DNA of 37,953 nucleotides from IMG/VR virus record IMGVR_UViG_2563366924_000004, one strand, 5' to 3'. Under the pieces are notes generated by a model. The model worked only from the letters and a program-made list of their open reading frames with translations, ran no database searches and was not told where the DNA came from. The translations under genes and the position numbers were made by a program. This DNA comes from a virus (taxonomy: Duplodnaviria > Heunggongvirae > Uroviricota > Caudoviricetes). Positions within the stretch are counted from its first letter, which is position 1. Each line of letters opens with the position of its first letter. This document shows, piece after piece, positions 1-12,145 of this stretch.

Positions 1-1284
1 TTACAGACTTCTGGAAGGTTGCGCAGCTCTTACAACACGCGGTTGATCTTCCGCAGCGTCTTCCAGCGCACTTAAATCACGGTCTTTCACCTCTGGCATT
101 TTCAGCGCAGAGATTAAACCAATCACTGAATATGCCATGATCATAATGGCGATCGGATACCAGGATTCCGTCATGGTGCAGAAAATACCCGCCAGGATAG
201 GACCAAAACCGGAAGCGATAAGACCACCAATTTCTTTAGAAATAGCCATCCGGGTAAAGCGGTTTTTACAGCCGAACATTTCTGCCATGGTAATGTTTTC
301 CAGAGCAAATAATCCCAGCACCGCACAGTTATGAATCACAATCAGTGCAACCATAATGGTGCTCGGGGCATAGCTTTTATCTACAATGATAGAAAGCATT
401 GGCCATGCCAGCACAATCGCGGAGGTATTCATAATAATATACGGGATCCGGCGACCAATTTTATCGGATAACCAACCAAGGAACGGAATGGTCATAAAGC
501 CGAGAATCGAACTGATCATCAATGCATCTGTTGGAATTGCTTTGTTAAACAATAACGTCTGCACTAAATAGCCTGCAAGGAAAGTCTGAATTAACCCGGA
601 GTTACCCGCCTGACCAAAACGCAGCCCTGTTGCCAGCCAGAAGGATTTGCTCTGGAACATGCTACCAGCAGGTGCAGGTTTTGCTGTCGGTTGGTTACTG
701 TCGTTAACCTTCTCAAAGACCGGGCTTTCTTTCAGATTCATACGCAACCAGATAGCAAAGACCATCACGACAACGCTCGCCAGGAACGGTATACGCCATC
801 CCCACGCCAGCAGTTCCTCTTTACTGAGAATGAAGAACATAAAGGCCCAGATTGCCGTTGCGCTCAAGGTTCCGCAGTTAGTTCCCATAGCCACAAATGA
901 GGAGATAATTCCGCGCTTACCTTTTGGCGCATATTCCGCCAGCATCGTACCGGCACCGGAAATTTCCGCACCTGCACCCAACCCCTGAATAATACGCAAC
1001 GTCACCAGCAAGATGGGTGCAAAAACACCAATCTGTGCATAGGTCGGTAACACACCAATTAAGGTGGTACAGATCCCCATCATGGTGATGGTAATAAAGA
1101 GCACTTTTTTACGCCCTATTCTGTCGCCCATTTTGCCGAAAATAAATGCTCCGACAATACGCGCCACATAACCTGCACCGTAGGTTCCCATTGCCAGAAT
1201 TAACGCCATTGCCGTTGATGATTCAGGAAAAAATATTTCATGAAACACTAACGCTGCGCCGAGCGAATATAACTGGAAATCCAT
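1..1284 (-). CDS. ydfJ: MFS-family inner membrane transporter, complete 427 aa
   Basis: Uninterrupted minus-strand ORF; multi-helix hydrophobic protein with MFS signature GKMGDRIGRKK; stop codon at positions 1-3. Confidence 0.8.
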   Translation of the reverse strand: MDFQLYSLGAALVFHEIFFPESSTAMALILAMGTYGAGYVARIVGAFIFGKMGDRIGRKKVLFITITMMGICTTLIGVLPTYAQIGVFAPILLVTLRIIQGLGAGAEISGAGTMLAEYAPKGKRGIISSFVAMGTNCGTLSATAIWAFMFFILSKEELLAWGWRIPFLASVVVMVFAIWLRMNLKESPVFEKVNDSNQPTAKPAPAGSMFQSKSFWLATGLRFGQAGNSGLIQTFLAGYLVQTLLFNKAIPTDALMISSILGFMTIPFLGWLSDKIGRRIPYIIMNTSAIVLAWPMLSIIVDKSYAPSTIMVALIVIHNCAVLGLFALENITMAEMFGCKNRFTRMAISKEIGGLIASGFGPILAGIFCTMTESWYPIAIMIMAYSVIGLISALKMPEVKDRDLSALEDAAEDQPRVVRAAQPSRSL

Positions 1285-1886
1285 AATTCACAGGTGTTTT
1301 TTCCCATCCTGTGGTTTCCTTGGCGTTTTCTAGGTTTTTTCAGATAGTTGCATTTTTTTAAAAGCATCCTAAGTTCGATCTCAGTGTCTATCTGGGGCCT
1401 ATTTCTGTCCCATATATGCCCCAAAAAACTCCCCAACAGATAAGTAGTTTTTTCATGGATTTACGCGTAAAATCAATAACGGCTGGAAATCATTCAATAC
1501 TCGCACTATCGAAAAATTTACCAGCCAACCGCAGCACGTTCTTGCATAAGGCGTGTCTGCGGTTTTTCAACTATTCAGATACATCACTCCCATCACATTC
1601 ATTCCTCCGCATCAAAGGCATATAGGCTATATCACCTTGATATTTTTCTTCTTCAGATAAAAATTGTTATCTATGTATACTTTTAAACCCAATCCGTGTA
1701 GAGTCTCTGCATAAGATAGTTTGCAGTTGCCACTTCAGATTGCGCCATAAACCGCCTGATTTTTGCCGCCACCTGTTAGCATTCCTGTATACCTGAAACG
1801 ACAATGTTTATCTACGAACTTTAAGAACACCCAAGATAAAAATTGTCAACTATATCATATATAACACATTACTAATTCGAGGCTAT

Positions 1887-2000
1887 ATGAACAGCATACT
1901 GATAATCACTTCTCTCCTTATCATATTCAGCATTTTTAGTCATGCCCTAATAAAATTAGGGATTGGCATATCCAATAACCCAGACAAAACCGATGTATAA
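1887..2000 (+). CDS. hypothetical small hydrophobic protein, 37 aa ([37 protein letters not shown])
   Basis: ATG preceded by GAGG 4 nt upstream; one predicted transmembrane helix; not in supplied ORF track (below size cutoff). Confidence 0.25.
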
Positions 2001-2068
2001 GTCAACATATCCTGAATCAGACATACAATATCGCAATGAAAATCAATAATATTTTAAGGAATATCTTC

Positions 2069-2302
2069 ATGAAATCAAAAGACACCCTAAAGTGGTTCCC
2101 TGCGCAGCTTCCTGAAGTAAGAATTATCCTAGGGGATGCTGTAGTGGAAGTAGCAAAACAGGGAAGACCTATCAATACCAGAACATTGCTTGATTACATT
2201 GAAGGAAACATAAAGAAAAAATCATGGCTGGATAACAAAGAATTATTACAAACAGCGATATCAGTTCTTAAAGACAACCAAAATTTAAATGGTAAAATGT
2301 AA
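2069..2302 (+). CDS. ydfK: YdfK/YnaE-family small prophage protein, 77 aa
   Basis: ORF 2036-2302; start chosen at internal ATG (MKSKDTLKWF) with AAGGA 9 nt upstream; sits beside a pin-type recombinase as in Qin/Rac prophages. Confidence 0.7.
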   Translation: MKSKDTLKWFPAQLPEVRIILGDAVVEVAKQGRPINTRTLLDYIEGNIKKKSWLDNKELLQTAISVLKDNQNLNGKM

Positions 2303-2618
2303 TATAACAAACTTACTTTTTTATCATTTTTCCACTTTAACAACATTTTGCTCCACTTTTCCACGACCAAACAAATTAAAATCTGGTTAAAATAACACGC
2401 AACACTATTCTTCTTCCTTGAGTCTGCCCGGAACTCGAAAAACAAACCGAGTTAAAGCCATTTTTCACAAAATCGATTTTGGGTCTCACCAAAATTACGG
2501 GGTTGCATACGCATTCGTTTATTTTCGAACGTGTACATACAAATATGCACAAAAATAATCAAAATTATTTTCTGAGATGCATTATGATATGAACACCAAT
2601 TTCGTATAGAGTCTCACT

Positions 2619-3209
2619 ATGTCTCGAATTTTTGCTTACTGTCGGATATCAACGCTGGATCAGACCACCGAAAATCAACGCCGGGAAATCGAAAGTGCAG
2701 GTTTTAAAATCAAACCTCAGCAAATAATCGAAGAACACATTAGCGGCTCAGCAGCAACCAGTGAGCGTCCTGGTTTTAACCGGTTGCTTGCTCGCCTGAA
2801 ATGTGGTGATCAATTGATTGTGACAAAACTGGATCGCCTTGGTTGTAATGCAATGGATATCAGGAAAACAGTGGAACAACTGACCGAAACAGGTATCAGA
2901 GTGCATTGCTTAGCATTGGGGGGCATTGACCTGACCAGTCCAACAGGAAAAATGATGATGCACGTAATTTCAGCAGTCGCTGAATTTGAACGAGACCTTT
3001 TACTTGAACGCACTCATTCCGGGATAGTAAGAGCCCGCGGCGCAGGGAAACGTTTTGGTCGACCACCTGTGTTAAATGAAGAACAGAAACAGGTGGTATT
3101 CGAACGAATTAAGTCAGGTGTAAGTATAAGTGCCATTGCCCGGGAATTCAAAACCTCGCGGCAAACCATTTTAAGAGCCAAAGCAAAACTTCAGACACCT
3201 GACATATAA
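2619..3209 (+). CDS. pinQ: serine recombinase, Pin (PinQ/PinR)-type DNA invertase family, 196 aa
   Basis: N-terminal resolvase/invertase catalytic region (YCRISTLDQ with serine nucleophile) and C-terminal HTH; matches my recollection of PinQ/PinR. Confidence 0.85.
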   Translation: MSRIFAYCRISTLDQTTENQRREIESAGFKIKPQQIIEEHISGSAATSERPGFNRLLARLKCGDQLIVTKLDRLGCNAMDIRKTVEQLTETGIRVHCLALGGIDLTSPTGKMMMHVISAVAEFERDLLLERTHSGIVRARGAGKRFGRPPVLNEEQKQVVFERIKSGVSISAIAREFKTSRQTILRAKAKLQTPDI

Positions 3210-3306
3210 AAAATAATCTCGGTGTGAGATGCTTTACGTCTTCCAAGCCCCCTTCCTTGCCGTAAATGGAAAGATACATCTAATTATAGAATTTATATGT
3301 TTTACC

Positions 3307-3882
3307 CTACGGCAGTGCTGGCCATTCAATATCCTGTGCAGTTGATGTATCAACACGGTTCAGCAACACCCGATACTTTTTCCAGGCTTCCAGCAATGAG
3401 GTTTCTTCCTCCGTTGCGATTTCCAGATCTACAGCATCCTGAAGTGGCGCTATATGCTCACTGGCTACCTGCATCAGGCTGTTTTTTGTTTCTTCCGCCT
3501 CCCGGATCCGGAACAGTTTTTCTGCTTCCGTATCCTTCACCCAGACTGTACCGTTCCACTTCTGAAACTCCCCTTCCGGCGATAACCAGGTAACATTTTC
3601 CGGTAACGGACCGAGTTCAGAAATAAATAACGCGTCGCCGGAAGCCACGTCATAAACCATTTTACCCCGATGATCTTCAACGAGATGCCACGATGACTCA
3701 TCACTGTTGAAAACAGCCACGAAGCCAGCCGGAATATCTGGCGGTGCAATATCGGTACTGTTTGCTGGCAGACCTGTATGAGGCGGAATATATGCATCAC
3801 CTTCACCAATAAATTCATTAGTTCCGGCCAGCAGATTATAAATTTTTATGGTCCGTGGTTGTTCACTCATTCTGAATGCCAT
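3307..3882 (-). CDS. tfa: tail fibre assembly protein (Tfa), 191 aa
   Basis: Directly downstream of and abutting the side tail fibre gene; Tfa-family length and sequence. Confidence 0.85.
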   Translation of the reverse strand: MAFRMSEQPRTIKIYNLLAGTNEFIGEGDAYIPPHTGLPANSTDIAPPDIPAGFVAVFNSDESSWHLVEDHRGKMVYDVASGDALFISELGPLPENVTWLSPEGEFQKWNGTVWVKDTEAEKLFRIREAEETKNSLMQVASEHIAPLQDAVDLEIATEEETSLLEAWKKYRVLLNRVDTSTAQDIEWPALP

Positions 3883-6800
3883 TATGCAAGCCTCACAATA
3901 TAGTTAAATGCGATGTTTTTGACGGTGTTTTCCGCGTTACCAGCAGCGTTAACGGTGATGGTGTGTCCATGTGAACCAATCGCAACGGAGTGCGTATGAG
4001 CACCAATACCCACAGTATGTGCGTGTGCACCTGCGCTTGCAGCAGTACCCGATACAGAGTGCGTATGAGCGCCTGCAGAAGAAGTGTTAACACTGTATTT
4101 AGAATAATCAGATGCTCCACTTCCCGGAGCACCACTGGAACCACCTGAAACAAATGTCATCGAATGGGTATGTGCACCGGCTGAAGCAGCCGTACCGCTA
4201 ACACTATGGGTATGCGCCCCGGTGTTATTCGTGGATTTAGTGCCGTAATCAAACGACGATGTGGTTTTCGTCCCCAAATCCGTACTGGATGCGCTGGCGC
4301 TGTGGGTATGCGATTTAATGCCGTCCTGTTCCTGAGACAATACGGCCCGACCACTGGCAGGTTTGCCCTTAATCGTCCAGCCACGCATATCAGGGATCAC
4401 GCCTGACGGATAAGCGGCTGCAAGTTTCGGGTAAGCAGATTTGTCAAAAGTCTGCCCCTGCATCAGGGCATAACCAGACGGAACGGTATCTGATGGCCAC
4501 GGGATTGGTGCGCCGACTGGGTAGCTTTCTGGTGGAAGATTTTTCGAGGTATAAACTTCTGCCCAGTCTTCCTCAAAACCATAACCGTCTCTTGAAGAAC
4601 GGTAGAACAGACCACCATTTCTGTAATGCGCCTTCATCTGCAAGGTCCGGCAACTTCCGACTCCGGTATAGAAGTTAACCAGAATATAGCTGTCGCCAGA
4701 GCGGGTGACATTGTAAGCACCTGATTCGGCATTCCAGGGAACGCCACCATCCGCATCGGCATATGTATCCGTTGCCCTTCTGGCAAAAGCAGCCACATGC
4801 GCGGCGGTTAAAGTAATATCTCTGGAACCATCAAACTCAACACCAGAAACCAGTCTTGGCGTTTGCAGCTTTGTTGCTGTTAATGCATTACCGTTCAGAC
4901 TTGCGGACAGTTTGGTTCCAATAACCAGTTCGCCGGTTGCGTTATAAATAGCAAACGGTCTTAATGTATTCCAGCCACCATAAACATCACCTTGATTGGT
5001 AAGCAGCAGGTAAGTTTTAGCGCCATCATTACGCCATAATGCACCATACTCCCCACCTATCATTCGAATCTGATTACCACCACGCGCTACAATTTCGTCT
5101 GTGGCAAAAAGTTTTTTGCACGACAAATTATCGTTAACGATTAACGAATGAGACTCATAAAAACCACGCCCACTCTTAAAATCAAGGATAACGTCCGCCG
5201 CGATACATTCAGTCGCTGGATTTGTTGCCCCAAACTTATAGGTCGTATCATTAACAACGAGATCAGCACCAGGTGCGGATATTGACAGGCCATCTTCGAT
5301 AAACGCAAAAACAGGGAAAGCAGCGCCATCAACATAGAACACAGAGCGCAAATCATCGCCCTTATTACTCATCATTATTGAGTGGATGGCTCGTTCATTG
5401 TTTTGATATTGCCAGAACATTCCATAAGCATAACGCCCCCTGTCAGTCCAGCCACCAGGCATAACAAATCCGTTAAACTCGCAGTTATTCATCGGATCGC
5501 CTGCGGTTCGCGTTGCCGTGGTGATAATGACCCTTGATGCCAGTTCGCTTACTGAGCCAGCAGAACGCATAACAACAACAGGGTAATATTTTCCAGATGT
5601 TGCACCTGCAGGAGCGTTAACCCGCACATAACGCATACCACGCTTATCAGCAAAGTCTGTTTTACTGACCGCGTTAATGTTGTTCAGGAAGCGTCCCTTA
5701 TCGGGTATATCAGCGCCGTTCTGGTCTTTCTGCAGACGTTTCTCTGCATTGTCATAGGCTGATTTTACTGCCTTTGGCGTTGCCGCCAGCGTTTCAGACG
5801 TACTGTTGGTCGCACTGCTGAGCTGTACTATCCCCTTTTTCGTCGTGCTCGCATCCTCAAGCGCCACGGCGGATGCAATATCCTCTGCCCGTTTTGCCGC
5901 TGTCTCGGCGCGCGTTGCCGCGGATTCCGCCGTACTTTTGCTCTGTGCTGCCGCCGTCGCACTGCCAGCTGCCTCTGTCGCCTTCGTGGATGCTGTCGTG
6001 GCGCTGCCCTTCGCTGCTGACGCCTGTCTGGTCGCCTCATCTTTTGAAGCAGACGCCGATGATGCCGATGACGCCGCCGAACTGGCTGACGATGCGGCAG
6101 CCGTTTTTGAGGATTCTGCGCTGGTTTCCGACGCTTTCGCGTTCGTTTCGGATGTCTTCGCTGCGGAAGCAGAACTCGCTGCTGCGCTGGCCTGTTCAGT
6201 GGCTTCGCCAGCCTTCGTTGTGGCTGTTGAAGCGGATGATGCGGCGCTTTCTGCCGATTTTCCGGCGGCGGTGGCACTGGCTGAGGCCTGCCCGGCACTT
6301 GTTGACGCGGCGCTGGCAGATGATGCAGCCGCTGTTTTTGAGCCTGCCGCAGCTGAGGCGCTCTGTCCCGCTGCCGTCTCAGAAGACTTAGCGTTCGTCT
6401 CGGACGTTTTTGCCGCCTTCGCGGAATTTCCTGCCGCCGTTGCCGAGGAAGTTGCGCTACTGGCGCTCGAGGATGCGTTCGTTTCTGATGATTTCGCTGC
6501 CTCTTTTGAGGCCGCCGCATCCCGGGCTGAGGTGGCAGCTTCTGACGCTTTCGTGGTCGCGGTGGATGCAGAAGTGGCTGCTGATTGTTGTGACGCTGCG
6601 GCATTCGTTTCTGACGTTTTCGCGGCACTGGCACTGGTAGCTGCCGCGCTTTTTGAGGACTCTGCAGCAGCAGCACTTTTCGATGCTTCACTGACCTTTG
6701 TTGATGCCGTTCCTGCGCTGGAAGACGCTGACTGAGCCGACGACGCGGCCTGTCCGGCTGACGTGCTGGCTGCGCGTGCTGAGCCTGCAGCATCAGTCGC

Positions 6801-7238
6801 ATGGGTTGCCGCCTCACGGGCTGATGTGCCGGCATCGCCGGCTGACTTCTTCGCGGCTGCCGTGTTCTGTGCCACCGCGGACGCGTTACGCGCCACCTCT
6901 TCCACCATCAGCTCAAAACGGCGCAGTGCCTCTGGCCGGGCATCATCCTCCGTCATGGCACCGAGAAAATCATTCAGCGTACCGGGTCGGGAGTCTTCAT
7001 ACACGGTGATGGTCCCGGCATGTGACGGCGGGAATCCTTCCACCAACAGAATAACGCTGTACTGACCGTACTCAACGTCCATGCTGTAACGCCCGGCTTC
7101 ATCCGGATTTTCTGAGGCCACCGTGTTCACCACCACCGTGGTGCTGTTACGTTTTGCTTTCAGCTGGATTGTGCAGTTCTGTACCGGTTTTCCTGTGCCG
7201 TCTTTCAGTACACCTGAAATCTTTACTGCCATATTCAC
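3882..7238 (-). CDS. stf: side tail fibre protein (Stf), 1118 aa
   Basis: N-terminal lambdoid Stf domain, long Ala/Ser/Thr-rich repeat region, C-terminal receptor-binding part with repeated GAHTHS His-x-His motifs; similar in length to Rac StfR. Confidence 0.85.
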   Translation of the reverse strand: MNMAVKISGVLKDGTGKPVQNCTIQLKAKRNSTTVVVNTVASENPDEAGRYSMDVEYGQYSVILLVEGFPPSHAGTITVYEDSRPGTLNDFLGAMTEDDARPEALRRFELMVEEVARNASAVAQNTAAAKKSAGDAGTSAREAATHATDAAGSARAASTSAGQAASSAQSASSSAGTASTKVSEASKSAAAAESSKSAAATSASAAKTSETNAAASQQSAATSASTATTKASEAATSARDAAASKEAAKSSETNASSSASSATSSATAAGNSAKAAKTSETNAKSSETAAGQSASAAAGSKTAAASSASAASTSAGQASASATAAGKSAESAASSASTATTKAGEATEQASAAASSASAAKTSETNAKASETSAESSKTAAASSASSAASSASSASASKDEATRQASAAKGSATTASTKATEAAGSATAAAQSKSTAESAATRAETAAKRAEDIASAVALEDASTTKKGIVQLSSATNSTSETLAATPKAVKSAYDNAEKRLQKDQNGADIPDKGRFLNNINAVSKTDFADKRGMRYVRVNAPAGATSGKYYPVVVMRSAGSVSELASRVIITTATRTAGDPMNNCEFNGFVMPGGWTDRGRYAYGMFWQYQNNERAIHSIMMSNKGDDLRSVFYVDGAAFPVFAFIEDGLSISAPGADLVVNDTTYKFGATNPATECIAADVILDFKSGRGFYESHSLIVNDNLSCKKLFATDEIVARGGNQIRMIGGEYGALWRNDGAKTYLLLTNQGDVYGGWNTLRPFAIYNATGELVIGTKLSASLNGNALTATKLQTPRLVSGVEFDGSRDITLTAAHVAAFARRATDTYADADGGVPWNAESGAYNVTRSGDSYILVNFYTGVGSCRTLQMKAHYRNGGLFYRSSRDGYGFEEDWAEVYTSKNLPPESYPVGAPIPWPSDTVPSGYALMQGQTFDKSAYPKLAAAYPSGVIPDMRGWTIKGKPASGRAVLSQEQDGIKSHTHSASASSTDLGTKTTSSFDYGTKSTNNTGAHTHSVSGTAASAGAHTHSMTFVSGGSSGAPGSGASDYSKYSVNTSSAGAHTHSVSGTAASAGAHAHTVGIGAHTHSVAIGSHGHTITVNAAGNAENTVKNIAFNYIVRLA

Positions 7239-7243
7239 CCCAC

Positions 7244-7269
7244 AAAAAAGCCCGCCTGAACCGGCGGGC
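7244..7269 (-). terminator. intrinsic terminator hairpin between lom and stf
   Basis: Minus-strand stem gcccgcc/ggcgggc with 6-nt loop followed by TTTTTTGTGG, ending about 10 nt before the stf start codon. Confidence 0.5.
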
Positions 7270-7296
7270 TGTCATAACACTGTGTTACCTGGCTAA

Positions 7297-7896
7297 TCAG
7301 AATTTATAACCGACACCCACGATGAAACCGTCAGTGCGCCAGTCACCACTGCCGGAGCCTTCATAAGCAATATCAATGGCCACGGATTCGGTCGGGTTAA
7401 ACTGCACGCCAGCCCCCCACGCCAGAGACGTGTTGCTGTGGCGACCGTCATCACTTCCGGTCAGCACATCGTGCGTTTTCCCCTTGTTGTCAGTTACGCG
7501 GAGATAATCCCCGAAGAAAGTCGACACACGGCTGTAAGCCACACCCGCCATCGCATACACGCTGAACCATTCATTCACGCGCACAGACGGCCCCGCCATT
7601 ACGCTGAACCAGCGGTTACGCACGGAATCTTCATGCCAGCGGGTATCGCTGTAATGCGTTTTTTGCTCATCTTCAGCGTTGGCATAACTGAATGACGTAA
7701 TCAGCCCCAGCGTGTCCGTAAACTCATAACGGTATTTCACGTTAATCCCGTTCAGATTATCGCTGCCGGGAGCGTTCGTACGGGCATTAAGATACCCTGC
7801 GCTCAGTGTGGCCTGCTGCTCAGACGCCCATGCAGGCGCACCGGATACGGCCAGACAGATGGCTGTGGACAAAATGGCTGCACAAACTTTACGCAT
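7297..7896 (-). CDS. lom: Lom/Ail-family outer membrane protein, 199 aa
   Basis: Signal peptide, beta-barrel OMP pattern with C-terminal GYKF; located between J and stf as in lambda. Confidence 0.85.
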   Translation of the reverse strand: MRKVCAAILSTAICLAVSGAPAWASEQQATLSAGYLNARTNAPGSDNLNGINVKYRYEFTDTLGLITSFSYANAEDEQKTHYSDTRWHEDSVRNRWFSVMAGPSVRVNEWFSVYAMAGVAYSRVSTFFGDYLRVTDNKGKTHDVLTGSDDGRHSNTSLAWGAGVQFNPTESVAIDIAYEGSGSGDWRTDGFIVGVGYKF

Positions 7897-7963
7897 AATT
7901 ACCTCTCGCTTTTCTGCAATAAAAAAGGCGCCATTTCTGGCGCCCGTATATGGGTTATAAAAT

Positions 7964-10900
7964 TCAGCTGATACTGATGCCTGCGGTGGCTTTCTTCATC
8001 ACCACAACCAGCAAATCGCTGATACTTGCTGTGGGATACCAGTCATTTACCAGCCATGCTGACACCGAAAACTCCAGCGTCATGTGGCCGTGACCAGCTG
8101 GCATATCAATAACACCACTGTAAATCAGCGTATTATCCAGCGCGGTACGGTTATAAATTTCAGCACCATTTTTCTTCACTATCAGGCGGCATGAGGAGTA
8201 AATATCAGTATGCTCTCTCTCATGTTTAGCACCGCTGAATGCCACCGCCGGAATAACAATCTGCCGGTCAAACGGCTGATCGTCATAAATCCTGACGGTA
8301 ATGGTCCCTGATGGCCACCGCTCCGGTGCCCGGGAGTCCCGCGGGAAAGCCTTACCCACTGTTTTGACAATATCGCCTTCAATCTGGTTGGCTGACAGTT
8401 TCCCTTTAATCTGACAGTTTTCATTTATCGTAACGTTGTTGAGCGTCCCGGCGTTCGCATTCACACTGCCACTGATATCTGCATTTTTAGCGGTCAGCTT
8501 TCCGTCCGGTGTCAGGGAAAATGCAGGAGGATTACCGCCGCTGGTAATGGTGGGAGCCGTCAGATATTTCAGGAACACTTCATTCATGAATATCTGATCA
8601 CCCTGACCAACAAACATCGGTTTTGTGTTGCCATTTGCAGGATTAATCATCGCAATCCTGTCTGCCGCCAGCAGCACCTGACTCTGCATGCCGTCGGGGG
8701 TGTTCTCAATACCGGCACCGATACCCGCAATATAAAGGCGTCCGTCCTGCATCTGCTGCAGCTTCACAGCCCACATGCTGTTCAGATTATTATTTGTATC
8801 AACCTGAACCTTCTGTATCTGCTGGATCGCTGCACTCTGGTCTTCCAGTTTCTTATTGACGGTCTGTGTGATTTCATTGCTGACATCCGTAATGGATGTC
8901 CTGATTTCAGCCAGGTCAGGCGCAAGCTGACCGTTATCAATCTGCGTCCACAGCTCCTGAGCCAGATGGGTTTTCCCTATCTCGCCTTTGAAAAAATCCA
9001 GATAGCCGGATGCGTCATCACTCGGCTGACCAACAGCCTCCACGAATGCCGATTTGCCAACGGTGTTCACACTGCGAACGTAAAAATAATAATTATGGCC
9101 CGGCCTGATATTGATACTGGCGGCTATCCAGTACAGCGCCGTGCCAAGATAGCGTGCTGTGGTTTCAACCTGCCTGATATCCGCAATCCGCTTTTCCGAG
9201 AACCAGAACTCAAACTGTACCGTCGGATCATAAACCGCAAGATGCGGCGTGGCGGTTATCTGAAAATAGCCCGGCGTCAGCTCAATCCGCGACGGCGCTG
9301 CCGGTGCGGCAATCCGGAACGATACCGACGCCGGATCGCCCTGCTGCCCCCACGCATTTACCGCCCGGACTGTCAGCCTGTAGTTCCCCAGAGCCAGTTG
9401 TGTGAAGCGGTAAGTGGTTTCCGTCGTCCGGGCCGTGCTGACCAGCCGCTCACTGCCGTCATCCGCTGCCACGGTCAGGCGAAGCAGGAAGCTCACGCCC
9501 TTCACCACCTTCGGCGTGTCCCAGCGGGCCAGCACCTGGTATTCCCCGCTGTCTGCAGTGACTTCTGCGGTCAGGTGCTGCACCGCTGGCGGCGTGACAC
9601 CGTTCACCGTGCCACTCTGTTCGCCGTCAAAGTGCGCCCCGTTATCCACGATGACCTCTTTTTCCGGCACATGCTGCACGGCGGTGATGGCATACGTGCC
9701 GTCGTCGTTCTCACGGATACTCACGCAGCGGAACAGTCGCTGGCGCAGCCTCGGCAGCTTCAGCCCCCATACGCTGTATTCAGCAACACCGTCAGGAACA
9801 CGGCTCACTTTCACCTTCACGCCGTCGGTGACGGACTGAACCTCCACGCTGACCGGATTGCCACTTCCGTCAACCAGGCTTATCAGCGTGGTACCGGAGG
9901 ATGGCAGCGTGATTTCACGGTCAAGCGTCAGCGTCCGGGTCAGGCTGTTCACCGCCAGCACACGACCACCGGTGCTGATACCGGCATAGTCATCATCACA
10001 GATTTCAATAACATCGCCCGGTACATGGCGAAGCCCTTCTGCGCCGACGCTGAAATCCACGGTCTGCGTTTCCAGCAGCTCCGTTTTAATCAGCCACAGC
10101 CCGGCTCGGTGTGCCTGCCCCCGGCTGGTACAGCCAAAGGCATCCATCTTCGTGACATTACGACCGTAACGGGCAATGGCCTGCGTGTCCTCCACAAGCT
10201 CTGTCGCCGTCTCCCAGCCGTTATCCGGGTCAATCCAGTTCACCTCAACGGCATTATGGCGGTCCTTCAGGGCGCTGAAGCTGTAGCGGAACGGCGCGCC
10301 ATCATCCGGCATCACCACATTACTGCGGTTATAGGTCCACACCTTATCCGACGGTCGGTCCTGCACGAACGTCAGCGTCTGCCCGTTCCATACCGGCATA
10401 CAGCGCATCGCCGAGCAGAAATCACTGAGCACATCCCACGCCTTGCGCTGTGTGGTCAGCCAGGCATTACAGGTGATGCGCGGCTCCGTGCTGCCAAAGC
10501 CGTCCGGCACCGACTGGTCGCAGTACTGGCCGATGACATACAGCGCCCATTTATCCACATCTGCCGCACCAAGACGTTTCCCCATGCCGTAGCGCGGGTG
10601 GGTCAGCATATCCCACAGACACCAGGCCATGTTGTTGCTGTATGCCGGTTTAAACGTTCCGTCCCAGATACCGCTGTATTGCCGCGTCTGCGGGTTATAA
10701 TTCGACGGCACCTGCAGAATACGCCCGCGCAGATGATAATTACGGCTCACCTGCTGGCTGCCGAACTGCTCCGAATCCACCTGTACGCCGACCAGTGCCG
10801 TGTTCGGGTAGCACTGTTTCACATCGATGATTTCGGTGTATGACGACCAGAGCGTTTTGTTCTGCAGCTGGTCTGTGGTACTGTCCGGCGTCATTCTGCG

Positions 10901-11443
10901 CATCCGGATATTAAACGGGCGCGGCGGCAGGTTATCCACCACCACCGAGGCCAGATACTGCGAGGTGGTTTTGCCCTTAATGGTGATGTCTTTTTCCGTC
11001 ACCCAGCCACCATTACGCTGTATCTGAACCAGCAGGCGAACTTCCGACGGATTCCGGTCCCCCTTTGAGGTGGTTTCCACCAGTGCCTGCACACCGAAGG
11101 TAAAGCGCAGTCGGTCGATGTTTGCCGACGTGATGGCGCGGGTGATCGGCGTGTCGTATTTCACTTCCGTACCCAACACCGTCTCGGAGCCGGAGGATTC
11201 AAATCCCTCCGGCGGAGTCTGCTCCTGCTCACCGGCCCGGAACACCACCGTGACGCCGGAGATATTGGTATTCCCCTCACTGTCCAGCACCGGCGTACTG
11301 TTCAGCAGCACGCTTTTTAATCCCTCCACCGGACCTTCAATCGGCCCTTCGCTGATGGCATCGATCACACTCAGCAACTGCGTGGTCTTCAGGTTGTCCT
11401 TCGCTTCGCGCGGAGTATGCCCCTTACTGCTTCCTTTACCCAT
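7964..11443 (-). CDS. J: tail tip host specificity protein J, 1159 aa
   Basis: Large ORF in lambda J position and of similar size (lambda J is 1132 aa). Confidence 0.9.
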   Translation of the reverse strand: MGKGSSKGHTPREAKDNLKTTQLLSVIDAISEGPIEGPVEGLKSVLLNSTPVLDSEGNTNISGVTVVFRAGEQEQTPPEGFESSGSETVLGTEVKYDTPITRAITSANIDRLRFTFGVQALVETTSKGDRNPSEVRLLVQIQRNGGWVTEKDITIKGKTTSQYLASVVVDNLPPRPFNIRMRRMTPDSTTDQLQNKTLWSSYTEIIDVKQCYPNTALVGVQVDSEQFGSQQVSRNYHLRGRILQVPSNYNPQTRQYSGIWDGTFKPAYSNNMAWCLWDMLTHPRYGMGKRLGAADVDKWALYVIGQYCDQSVPDGFGSTEPRITCNAWLTTQRKAWDVLSDFCSAMRCMPVWNGQTLTFVQDRPSDKVWTYNRSNVVMPDDGAPFRYSFSALKDRHNAVEVNWIDPDNGWETATELVEDTQAIARYGRNVTKMDAFGCTSRGQAHRAGLWLIKTELLETQTVDFSVGAEGLRHVPGDVIEICDDDYAGISTGGRVLAVNSLTRTLTLDREITLPSSGTTLISLVDGSGNPVSVEVQSVTDGVKVKVSRVPDGVAEYSVWGLKLPRLRQRLFRCVSIRENDDGTYAITAVQHVPEKEVIVDNGAHFDGEQSGTVNGVTPPAVQHLTAEVTADSGEYQVLARWDTPKVVKGVSFLLRLTVAADDGSERLVSTARTTETTYRFTQLALGNYRLTVRAVNAWGQQGDPASVSFRIAAPAAPSRIELTPGYFQITATPHLAVYDPTVQFEFWFSEKRIADIRQVETTARYLGTALYWIAASINIRPGHNYYFYVRSVNTVGKSAFVEAVGQPSDDASGYLDFFKGEIGKTHLAQELWTQIDNGQLAPDLAEIRTSITDVSNEITQTVNKKLEDQSAAIQQIQKVQVDTNNNLNSMWAVKLQQMQDGRLYIAGIGAGIENTPDGMQSQVLLAADRIAMINPANGNTKPMFVGQGDQIFMNEVFLKYLTAPTITSGGNPPAFSLTPDGKLTAKNADISGSVNANAGTLNNVTINENCQIKGKLSANQIEGDIVKTVGKAFPRDSRAPERWPSGTITVRIYDDQPFDRQIVIPAVAFSGAKHEREHTDIYSSCRLIVKKNGAEIYNRTALDNTLIYSGVIDMPAGHGHMTLEFSVSAWLVNDWYPTASISDLLVVVMKKATAGISIS

Positions 11444-11503
11444 TCCTCACGCTCCATAAACGACAAAACCGCCCGCAGGCGGTTTCACATAAAACATTTT
11501 GCA

Positions 11504-12145
11504 TCAGCGACCAATCACCACAACCTGACCACCATCCCCTTCATCTGCTGTGCTGATCTCCTGAGATACCACCCGCGACCCCACACGCATTTCACCGTAC
11601 AGAACGGGCAGGACATTGCCCTGGGCAACCATATTATCCAGTGAAGAAAAATAGGTGTTCTGTTTGCCGTTATCCGTTGTCTGTGTGCGGGGAGTTCTGG
11701 CTTTCGGTGCCAGCATCTGCGCCACACCACCGAGCACCATACTGGCACCGAGAGAAAACAGCAGATTACTCGCCATAATTCCTACCCCCGGCATCCATAT
11801 AGCAACCGCCATAACAGCCGCCCCCAGCACAGCCTGAAACACACCGCCACTTTTGGCTCCTGCCAGACGCGGCACGATATGGATCACAGCACCATTTGCC
11901 AGCGGTTCATTAAGACGGGCTGATAATTCATTTTCGCCTGCATCACGCCCGGCAATGCGCACCTGATACCAGCCCTCATTCAGTTTCTGGCGAAACGACG
12001 GAAGCTGCGTGGCCAGCGCCCGGATGGCTTCGGCCCCCGTTTTCACACGAAGGTCGATGCGGCGGCCAAATCGTTGTAAATCCCCGTAAAGGCAGATGCG
12101 TGCCATGCCCGGTGACGCCAGAGGGAGTGTGTGCGTCGCTGCCAT
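11504..12145 (-). CDS. I: tail assembly protein I, 213 aa
   Basis: Lambda I-like sequence (MAATHTLPLASPGMARICLYGDL); overlaps the 3' end of K. Confidence 0.85.
   Translation of the reverse strand: MAATHTLPLASPGMARICLYGDLQRFGRRIDLRVKTGAEAIRALATQLPSFRQKLNEGWYQVRIAGRDAGENELSARLNEPLANGAVIHIVPRLAGAKSGGVFQAVLGAAVMAVAIWMPGVGIMASNLLFSLGASMVLGGVAQMLAPKARTPRTQTTDNGKQNTYFSSLDNMVAQGNVLPVLYGEMRVGSRVVSQEISTADEGDGGQVVVIGR

Noticed and set aside
3209-3306. Possible hix/gix-like crossover site (TTCCTTGCCGTAAATGGAAAGATA) between pin and tfa
   Set aside because: Only loose similarity to the 26-bp invertase site consensus and no inverted partner found in the window.
3297-3818. 98-aa plus-strand and 93-aa minus-strand ORFs
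   Set aside because: Both overlap tfa in other frames or strands; tfa has the recognisable product.
5806-6835. 309-aa plus-strand and 335-aa minus-strand alternative-frame ORFs
   Set aside because: Produced by the GC-rich Ala/Ser/Thr codon repeats of the side tail fibre gene; the stf frame is the one with recognisable fibre domains.
8966-10843. 625-aa plus-strand ORF
   Set aside because: Lies entirely antisense to the J gene, whose minus-strand product is lambda J-like; Arg/Pro-rich composition typical of an antisense artefact.
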